Virus record (IMG/VR): IMGVR_UViG_3300042691_018174
Source of the DNA: a virus
Direction: 5' to 3' (one strand)
DNA length: 64,000 nucleotides
Part shown: positions 57,547 to 64,000 of the stretch, in pieces
Position numbering within the stretch: the stretch's first letter is position 1
Layout: every line of letters begins with the position of its first letter
The notes under the pieces: generated by a model
Seen by the model: only the letters and a program-made list of their open reading frames with translations
Database searches by the model: none
What the model was told of the DNA's origin: nothing
Position numbers and translations under genes: made by a program

Positions 57547-57968
57547 CTAGAAAAATTTATATAGGCGATGTTGGTGGTTCAGTAGACGAGTGTAAGGATA
57601 GACTACAAAGAAAAAGTGAGGAAAGACTTTTATTTGAAGTTATCACTGTCGATGATTTAAAGAAAAAAGAATTATCTAAGAATGTAACTAAAGAAACTTT
57701 AAAATTTTATATTCCTGCTCTAAGTAAATTTTATGGCCAAGCTCTTTATGTCCCTAGTAATTATGTACCAAAGTTAGATATAGATCTGTTTTTCAGTGTC
57801 AGGGCTCATAAAAATTTAGGATCGATAGTTCATTTTATTAAACATGATATTTGGTATTTTGATTGCGCTTCGCCGGAAGCCCAAAAATTAAACATTTTTT
57901 ATGTTGATAGTATTGATGCACACACTATCAAAAATGCCATTAACATTGAAACTATAGAAAATATTTGA
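57543..57968 (+). CDS. Hypothetical protein, possibly a degenerate GT-A glycosyltransferase
   Basis: KIYIG...KFYIPALSKFYGQALYV...DIDLFF resembles phage GT-A enzymes, but the DxD position reads PSN. Confidence 0.45.
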   Translation: MTRKIYIGDVGGSVDECKDRLQRKSEERLLFEVITVDDLKKKELSKNVTKETLKFYIPALSKFYGQALYVPSNYVPKLDIDLFFSVRAHKNLGSIVHFIKHDIWYFDCASPEAQKLNIFYVDSIDAHTIKNAINIETIENI

Positions 57969-57993
57969 CTTTCTTCAATTATTCGTTTACAAT
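57965..57993 (+). promoter_or_regulatory. Sigma70-type promoter, leaderless into ATG 58000
   Basis: TTGACT-17 nt-TACAAT-6 nt-ATG. Confidence 0.75.
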
Positions 57994-57999
57994 ATTAAA

Positions 58000-59172
58000 A
58001 TGAATATTGAAGATTATTTGATGTTATTTTCTGCTCATATAAAACCGAGCAGCCACGATCATAATATTTGTTATAGCTTAGGTTATCAAGTTATGATGGG
58101 TAAGGCTTTGACTGAAAAACAATCAATCATTGCAGTCAGACTTGTCAAGAAATATCAAAATCAATTTTTAAAATTAGGGTATTCAGATGTTCTTTCGGAT
58201 ATTGAATCTCCCAAATTCAAATATCCTTTTAGATATGTGGACAATCAAAAGTCCGTTTCAATTTCTAAAGAATCTATTGTTGTTAAATTTCCGTTTGACC
58301 AAGACATTGTAAATCAAATTAGAGAATTAACTGTAAAATCTAGTTTTATAAAACCACAGTGGAACGCCGAAGAAAAATATTGGGGGTTAGATCTCAATGA
58401 AGAAAGTTTGAAGTTTGTTAGATTAGAATTAGTAAAAAAAGGATTTCAAATATCCGATGAAGTGAATGATCTCTTGTCTCAATTTGATGAGATAGAAAAT
58501 AATTTAGAAAATCATATTCCTATGATAGTTAAAGAAAGTAATTATTATAAGGTTATAAATTGCAACAATACGATTGAAGATCAAAATCTGGAAACTGTTC
58601 TGATGCATTCTTTAAAATGCGGTGTTAATACTTACGATGAAGAAGTCCTAACTGATATTAAGAATCTAGTAACAATAGATCCTATGATGGCTGTCTTCCA
58701 AAATACTGATTGTAACAACTTTCATGTTAACAGTCGAAAATTTTCTAAAGAAGATATTATAACTTTTTTAATAAAAACAGAATTAAATGTTGCATTCTTT
58801 TTTGATGATTCCTGTGACGAAGAGCATTTCTATTCTTGGGTCTCAGAATTTAAAAAGATAGATGATTTATCTAATAAAATTGGCGCATATTTTAGAAAAA
58901 ATAATTCATTAGATGATTCAGCGAAGACATTTAATAGTATTATTAAAGAAAACAAATTAAACAAAGAAGCCAATGATCCCAATGTTGAATGGTTCCTTTT
59001 AAGTTCTAAATTTCCAAAAAGTCTAGTTAAACACAATAAAAAGCCAGACATATGTGTTTTTATTAATAAATTGATATCAACCCATTATACAGTTATGTCT
59101 TGCTTCAAAAATTGTACTATAAACTTTGTTTATACTGATCAATCTTTCGGAGAAAAAATTGTCGAATTGTAA
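58000..59172 (+). CDS. Hypothetical protein (HARP-like central motif), upstream of uvsW
   Basis: 390 aa; ALTEKQ..AVRLVKKY; VKFPFDQDIVNQIR...WNAEEKYW. Confidence 0.65.
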   Translation: MNIEDYLMLFSAHIKPSSHDHNICYSLGYQVMMGKALTEKQSIIAVRLVKKYQNQFLKLGYSDVLSDIESPKFKYPFRYVDNQKSVSISKESIVVKFPFDQDIVNQIRELTVKSSFIKPQWNAEEKYWGLDLNEESLKFVRLELVKKGFQISDEVNDLLSQFDEIENNLENHIPMIVKESNYYKVINCNNTIEDQNLETVLMHSLKCGVNTYDEEVLTDIKNLVTIDPMMAVFQNTDCNNFHVNSRKFSKEDIITFLIKTELNVAFFFDDSCDEEHFYSWVSEFKKIDDLSNKIGAYFRKNNSLDDSAKTFNSIIKENKLNKEANDPNVEWFLLSSKFPKSLVKHNKKPDICVFINKLISTHYTVMSCFKNCTINFVYTDQSFGEKIVEL

Positions 59173-60616
59173 AATAATTTTGAAAGACGAGGTCAATGTT
59201 AAAATAGAGAATCTTGATTTAGATACTAGAAAAAAACTAGTTTCTAAATTCAAATATGAATTACCCTATGCAAGACATATGCCTGCATTTAAATTAGGTA
59301 GGTGGGATGGAACTGTTAGTTTTTTTGGTCTCGGTGGCACCACATACCTTAGTATGCTAGATAGAGTGCTACCTATTTTAGAGAGTGAAGGTTATGATAT
59401 TCAGTTAGAAGATTTACGAATACATAATGCTTTAGAGTTTGATAAGGTAGATGAAAATTACTGGGCAGATCAAGGAAAAACATGGCCAAAAGGCCATCCT
59501 AAAGAAGGTCAACCAATTATACTTAGAGATTATCAACCAGATGCAATCAATAGATTTTTAGAAAATCCACAGAGTATACAAGAACTTGCTACAGGTGCAG
59601 GTAAGACTATTATGACAGCTACATTAAGTCATCTCTGTGAAAAATATGGAAGAACTATGGTCATAGTTCCAAATAAAAGTCTCGTAGAACAAACCGAAGA
59701 AGATTATGTTAATGTAGGCCTAGACGTTGGTGTTTATTACGGTGACAGAAAAGATTTGAATAAGACGCACACTATTTGTACTTGGCAAAGTTTGAATATT
59801 TTAGAAAAAACTGGCAAGTCTAATGATGATGCTATGAAACTAATAGAATTTATTGACGGAGTCAGTTGTATTATAGTAGATGAAGTACACATGGCTAAGG
59901 CAGATGTTTTAAAGAATTTGTTAACAGGTGCATTTGCACATTGCCCTATACGTTGGGGATTGACCGGAACTATACCAAAAGCTGATTATGAATTTGAGGG
60001 CATAAAAGCAAGTTTGGGTCCAGTAGTCGGACAACTGGCAGCACATGAACTGCAAGAAGCAGGGCATTTAGCAAATTGTCATGTTAATATTATACAGACA
60101 CAAGAATGGAAAGAATTTGGAAATTATGCTGAAGAATTAAAATATCTTGTAACTGATTCTGATAGAATGACCTATATTACTAGTATTGTGAAGACAATTT
60201 CTGAATCTGGGAACACATTAGTTCTAGTAGATAGAATTGAATCAGGAAACTTTTTAAATTCTAAAATTGATGACTGCGTGTTCATCAATGGAAGCGTAAA
60301 AACCAAAGACAGGAAAGAAGAATATGACGAAGTTAAAACGAGTGATAACAAGATTATTGTGGCGACTTATGGTGTGGCCGCTGTGGGTATTAATATCCCT
60401 AGGATTTTTAATCTGGTTCTTTTGGAACCCGGAAAGAGCTTTGTTAGGGTTATACAAAGTATTGGACGAGGCATTAGGAAAGCAGAAGACAAAGACTTCG
60501 TACAAATCTGGGACTTAACAGCCAGCACGAAATATGCTAAGAGACATTTGACCGAACGTAAAAAGTTTTATAAAGAGGCCAAATATCCATTTACAATTGA
60601 CAAGGTGAAATATTAA
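59159..60616 (+). CDS. uvsW: SF2 DNA helicase UvsW
   Basis: LRDYQ; ATGAGKT; DEVH; GLTGT; VAAVGINIP; QSIGRGIR. Likely TTG start at 59159 after SD GGAG. Confidence 0.93.
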   Translation: MSNCKIILKDEVNVKIENLDLDTRKKLVSKFKYELPYARHMPAFKLGRWDGTVSFFGLGGTTYLSMLDRVLPILESEGYDIQLEDLRIHNALEFDKVDENYWADQGKTWPKGHPKEGQPIILRDYQPDAINRFLENPQSIQELATGAGKTIMTATLSHLCEKYGRTMVIVPNKSLVEQTEEDYVNVGLDVGVYYGDRKDLNKTHTICTWQSLNILEKTGKSNDDAMKLIEFIDGVSCIIVDEVHMAKADVLKNLLTGAFAHCPIRWGLTGTIPKADYEFEGIKASLGPVVGQLAAHELQEAGHLANCHVNIIQTQEWKEFGNYAEELKYLVTDSDRMTYITSIVKTISESGNTLVLVDRIESGNFLNSKIDDCVFINGSVKTKDRKEEYDEVKTSDNKIIVATYGVAAVGINIPRIFNLVLLEPGKSFVRVIQSIGRGIRKAEDKDFVQIWDLTASTKYAKRHLTERKKFYKEAKYPFTIDKVKY

Positions 60617-60617
60617 G

Positions 60618-61124
60618 ATGCAAATATTAACATTAAGAGATGAAGCGTTTAGTCTAAATGACTTACCCGAAGAAGTTGATGAGGATTGTAGGTTCGCTGT
60701 TTTAGATAACAGCGATCCTCAAAATCCAGACTATTTCTTTCAACCATTGATATTTTTAGAAAGTTTTACAAGCCCAGCCGCAGTCCTACAGATTGGTCCT
60801 TGGCAAATACAAATGCCATTAGATTGGTGTATGATTGTAGGGGATCCTGAATGTTCTGGAGAGTTAGAGGTACTGCCTATCACTAGTTTAAATGACAGAG
60901 GATTTAGTGCTTATACATTTAACCCTTTGAGTAGTTTTAAACCAGAGTTCCATCCAGTAGATATTGTAAATGTATATCAGGATGTGAAGTGGTATTTTCC
61001 AAAGATGAGATTAGGACAATTACTAGCGACTCCATTATTTCAAGGTAAAAAACCAGATTGTGCTTATTTTGTAAAAGAAGTGAGCAGACAAAGTGAAATT
61101 TTAGATTTTTCTAAATGTTGGTGA
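60618..61124 (+). CDS. Conserved-looking hypothetical protein (possible inactive Hint fold)
   Basis: 168 aa, beta-rich, directly after uvsW. Confidence 0.6.
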   Translation: MQILTLRDEAFSLNDLPEEVDEDCRFAVLDNSDPQNPDYFFQPLIFLESFTSPAAVLQIGPWQIQMPLDWCMIVGDPECSGELEVLPITSLNDRGFSAYTFNPLSSFKPEFHPVDIVNVYQDVKWYFPKMRLGQLLATPLFQGKKPDCAYFVKEVSRQSEILDFSKCW

Positions 61125-61130
61125 GGACAT

Positions 61131-61397
61131 ATGGGAACTTTAAAACCTGGAGCAACATATATCTATGAAAAGGCTGACGGCATAACTTATGCTAGAGAAT
61201 TTGGTGCAGAGCCGTCCGAAAGAAGAATAATTGGTTGGGATAGTAGAACCAGTGACGGTAGATCACTGCACGATCATATAATGGAAGATAAGATGTGGGG
61301 AGAAATGCGTCGTATGGCTAAAACCAATCCTGCTTTACAACATGCCCTAGATCAGTGTATAATAATTTATAATTTGAGTAAAGACCATGGCACTTGA
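61131..61397 (+). CDS. Hypothetical protein
   Basis: 88 aa, SD GAGGA; YIYEKADGITYAREFG. Confidence 0.65.
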   Translation: MGTLKPGATYIYEKADGITYAREFGAEPSERRIIGWDSRTSDGRSLHDHIMEDKMWGEMRRMAKTNPALQHALDQCIIIYNLSKDHGT

Positions 61398-61842
61398 TAT
61401 TAAACGAGAATTGTCAGCAGTAGATCTTCGGGATAAAAATTTTTATAGCAATCTTACTGAGGAAGAACAAAAAGAATTTAATCCTTATATATTAATGAGA
61501 TTTGTCAGCAATGTAGATGGCAACGCTGATTTGCAAGAATGGTTCGTGCTAATGACTAATGAACTAATCAATAAAAATCATTGGCAGTTTAGTAAAAATC
61601 ATAAAGGCTTACTTTGGAAATTATATTCAGGAGTTGGTGCAGGATTTAAAGTATACCACTCTTATCTTGCAGCCGGTAAAGCTGAAAAAGCAAATAAAAT
61701 TGAAAAATTGATAGCAGAACTCAATCCTACAATGAAAATGAGTGATGTAAAACTATTAACAAGCCTAATGGATAAAAATGACATCGAAGATCTTTTTAAC
61801 AAGCTGGGGTACGACAAAAAGCAAAGAAAAGCGTATGAGTAA
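61387..61842 (+). CDS. Clamp-loader small subunit-like protein (T4 gp62-like)
   Basis: FNPYILMRFVS...NELIN...H..L pattern and size match gp62-type proteins; lies in the replication block. Confidence 0.55.
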   Translation: MALDIKRELSAVDLRDKNFYSNLTEEEQKEFNPYILMRFVSNVDGNADLQEWFVLMTNELINKNHWQFSKNHKGLLWKLYSGVGAGFKVYHSYLAAGKAEKANKIEKLIAELNPTMKMSDVKLLTSLMDKNDIEDLFNKLGYDKKQRKAYE

Positions 61843-62515
61843 CTATGAGTGCGTACATTGTGGCAGAACATATTCTAAAGAAAGTACTTTAGTTGCCCAT
61901 ATGTGCGAACAAAAAAGACGTGCTCTACAAAAAGATGAAAAAAGAGTGCAAGCAGGATACATGGCATATAATAGGTTCTACAGACTTACACAAAATGCTA
62001 AAAAAGACAAAACATATGATGAATTTTGTAAAAGCCCATACTACAACGCATTTGTAAAATTTGGTAGCTTTATTAATAATATCAATCCATTATATCCAGA
62101 TAAGTTTATCGACTTTGTCATTAAATCTGGGGTGAAGTTGGATCATTGGTGTCGAGATGAATTATATGACACATATCTTTCAGAAATGATTAAAGTCGAA
62201 CCAGCAGATGCTGCCATACAAAGAACTCTCAATACTATGATGGAATGGGCAGAAGAGCAAAGTGCAAATTTTGCTCATTACTTCGATTATGTAAATTTAA
62301 ACCGAGCAGTATATCATATTTCGAATGGAATGATAAGTCCTTGGATATTGCTTAATACTGATTCTGGTAAGTCATTATTATCAAAATTAAATGATGAACA
62401 ATTAACAATAATTGGCGACAAAGTTGATCCTCTATATTGGGTTAAGAGATTTAAAACTTATCCTAGTGAAATTGTGTTAGTTAAAGAAATATGTAAAGAA
62501 ATTGGATTAAAATAA
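61835..62515 (+). CDS. N-terminal Zn-finger protein
   Basis: YECVHCGRTYSKESTLVAHMC (C2H2/C2HC-like); start ATG 61835; coupled to the mini-DnaE gene via TAATG. Confidence 0.7.
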   Translation: MSNYECVHCGRTYSKESTLVAHMCEQKRRALQKDEKRVQAGYMAYNRFYRLTQNAKKDKTYDEFCKSPYYNAFVKFGSFINNINPLYPDKFIDFVIKSGVKLDHWCRDELYDTYLSEMIKVEPADAAIQRTLNTMMEWAEEQSANFAHYFDYVNLNRAVYHISNGMISPWILLNTDSGKSLLSKLNDEQLTIIGDKVDPLYWVKRFKTYPSEIVLVKEICKEIGLK

Positions 62516-63093
62516 TGCCTGACATAGACATTGATTTTTATGACAGAGAATCTGCTTTAAAAATTATAAAGCATATTCCTGCTTCTAGATATGAAAATAA
62601 TGAATTAAAGAAGCATAATACTGGCATATATCTTCATCAAATTCCTGTAGATAAAATTAATAATATGTCAAGTATTGATTATGACGTTGCAGAAGATCGT
62701 GGATATTTTAAAATAGATTTTTTAAATGTAAGTCTTTATAAAGATATAAAGAATGAAGAACACTTGCAACAACTAATGAATCAGGAGCCGTTATGGGATC
62801 TATTGGAACAAGAAGAGTTCAGCAAAATGTTGTTTCACGTCGGAGGTCACGGGTCTATCTTAAAAATGATGAAGCCCCAGAATGTAGAACAGTTAGCAGC
62901 AGTATTGGCTATGATACGCCCTGCGAAGAGGAATTTGATTGGACTACCATGGGATACGGTGATGACACAAGTGTGGATACGCCCTGAAAACGACGATTAC
63001 TTTTTTAAGAAAAGTCATGCAATAGCATACGCAGTCGCAGTAGTAGTTCAAATGAATTTAATATGTGAAAAAATTAGTTACGGATTTTCTTAA
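62515..63093 (+). CDS. Miniature C-family DNA polymerase (DnaE/Pol III alpha palm fragment)
   Basis: PDIDIDF, KHNTGIY, GYFKIDFLNV, AMIRPAK and FFKKSHAIAYA occur in the same order as the DnaE motifs. Confidence 0.85.
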   Translation: MPDIDIDFYDRESALKIIKHIPASRYENNELKKHNTGIYLHQIPVDKINNMSSIDYDVAEDRGYFKIDFLNVSLYKDIKNEEHLQQLMNQEPLWDLLEQEEFSKMLFHVGGHGSILKMMKPQNVEQLAAVLAMIRPAKRNLIGLPWDTVMTQVWIRPENDDYFFKKSHAIAYAVAVVVQMNLICEKISYGFS

Positions 63094-63463
63094 CAGCTCT
63101 TACTAACTGAATACTTTTTCTTTTAACCCGTTTCTCGGCTATCTCATTTAGATTTACTATAGGGCCAAAAACATGCTCAACATCTTTACTATTCAAAGTT
63201 TTTATATACTTTTTGTAGTCTATGAGCTCGCCTTTGAGGAATATGTTGATTGGGATTTTTCTGTTACTTTCCCACCACCATTGTTCCCCTAAATCTAGGA
63301 AATTTTGACGAAGAGCGTTGTCCACTATGGCTGCAAGGTCATATATGCTTGTAACGCTTTCATTTTGATTGATTATGATCCCTACGATTTCAATATCATT
63401 GCATCGTATGCAGGTCAGAAACGGAAATGTTGTTTTTAATAATTCGTTGACTTGTTTCACCAT
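63074..63463 (-). CDS. Hypothetical protein
   Basis: 129 aa; FPFLTC..VGIIINQ..WWWESNRKIPINIFL; convergent with and overlapping the mini-DnaE gene. Confidence 0.7.
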   Translation of the reverse strand: MVKQVNELLKTTFPFLTCIRCNDIEIVGIIINQNESVTSIYDLAAIVDNALRQNFLDLGEQWWWESNRKIPINIFLKGELIDYKKYIKTLNSKDVEHVFGPIVNLNEIAEKRVKRKSIQLVRAVKKIRN

Positions 63464-63465
63464 TG

Positions 63466-63479
63466 TTTATCGATAAATA
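63466..63479. promoter_or_regulatory. Palindrome TTTATCGATAAA containing late promoter TAAATA (63474-63479), 5 nt before ATG 63485
   Basis: cattgTTTATCGATAAATAttagtATG, between two divergent start codons. Confidence 0.6.
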
Positions 63480-63484
63480 TTAGT

Positions 63485-64000
63485 ATGTTGAATTTACCAG
63501 TCTATTTATATACACCAGCCATCCGAGTTTTCGTAGATTTGGAAAATTCTACCAGGAGAGGGGTAGAGCAAATGTACCATGGATATGCAACCATAGCAAA
63601 GGGGTTGAAAAATACCTTAAAATTTGTATTTTTAAACGGAGATCAAAGGCCTATAGATGTTAGTTCTAAAACCTTTGTTTTTAAAGTATTTGATAGATAT
63701 ACAAATAATGAAGTTTTAGAAGAGAGTTTAACCATTATTGATGACGGCACTAACTATAATGTTCGTGGCCTAGCGTCTGTGACTTTGAGCGGCATAGATA
63801 CAAGGAACTTAACTACTGGGTTATATAATTACTCAATTTTAGAAGTAGACGGCGCTCAACTAACTGCATCATATATTGACGGCTCATATTCTATGAGTGG
63901 TAATTTGGAAATCACTGATGGTGTTGTGCCAAAACGTATTCCCAGTGAACAATTAACATTTACTGAAACTCAAAATCAACTGTTTACTGCTGGCCCCATA
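63485..64000 (+). CDS. Probable structural protein (BppU-N-like beta domain), runs off the window
   Basis: Open frame absent from the ORF track: MLNLPVYLYTPAIRVFVDLENSTRRGVEQMYHGYATIAKGLKNTLKFVFLNGDQRPIDVSSKTFVFKVFD...GLYNYSILE. Confidence 0.65.
   Translation, partial: MLNLPVYLYTPAIRVFVDLENSTRRGVEQMYHGYATIAKGLKNTLKFVFLNGDQRPIDVSSKTFVFKVFDRYTNNEVLEESLTIIDDGTNYNVRGLASVTLSGIDTRNLTTGLYNYSILEVDGAQLTASYIDGSYSMSGNLEITDGVVPKRIPSEQLTFTETQNQLFTAGPI

Noticed and set aside
50363-60616. Introns or inteins in terminase, UvsX or UvsW
   Set aside because: All are of ordinary length with contiguous motifs and no splice-junction or LAGLIDADG signatures.
2488-62987. Numerous 60-210 aa antisense or alternate-frame ORFs in the track (e.g. 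5774..6235, 47749..48384, 48768..49388, 46779..46973, 54728..54976)
   Set aside because: They lie within or across well-supported genes, lack SD/promoter signals, and read as shadow frames of biased codon usage or of tandem repeats.
62515-63093. Mini-DnaE as a simple truncated pseudogene
   Set aside because: Motifs from widely separated parts of DnaE are retained in order, with internal in-frame deletions and all catalytic Asp intact, which is not the pattern of random truncation; selection analysis is still needed.
1-64000. Stop-codon reassignment (alternative genetic code), as in some jumbo phages
   Set aside because: Core genes are full length and tightly packed under the standard code, so no recoding is needed to explain the ORFs.
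1-64000. tRNA or rRNA genes
   Set aside because: Intergenic gaps are at most about 120 nt, and none shows a cloverleaf with T-loop/D-loop consensus.

Overview
The window is a gene-dense, AT-rich segment of a large T4-superfamily myophage. It looks most like the Rak2/GAP32/Atu_ph07-type jumbo phages and their uncultured aquatic relatives; this assignment comes from gene content and protein motifs, not from a database search. Order of content: end of the prohead scaffold gene and the major capsid gene; about 32 kb of modular fibre/appendage genes (beta-helix, LamG, CBM-like, RCC1 and cupredoxin modules); neck, tail-terminator, sheath and tube genes; gp4; the terminase subunits; repeat-rich candidate internal-head proteins; and a replication/recombination block (gp32, UvsX, UvsY, UvsW, gp62-like, Zn-finger protein, a 192-aa C-family DNA polymerase core). 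I saw no tRNA, rRNA, CRISPR array, integrase or reverse transcriptase. Most notable observations: (1) two phycobiliprotein-like KCxRDxGY domains, with the bilin-attachment Cys retained, in a 2292-aa virion protein, plus a complete blue-copper ligand set in a nearby fibre; (2) a miniature, apparently split DnaE; (3) candidate protease-processed head polyproteins that share an IxKLAG-type motif with the scaffold; (4) an apparent plug-and-socket grammar for a branched fibre ending in three paralogous RCC1 heads; (5) many leaderless late promoters (TAAATA-N5-ATG) and several structured 5' leaders.
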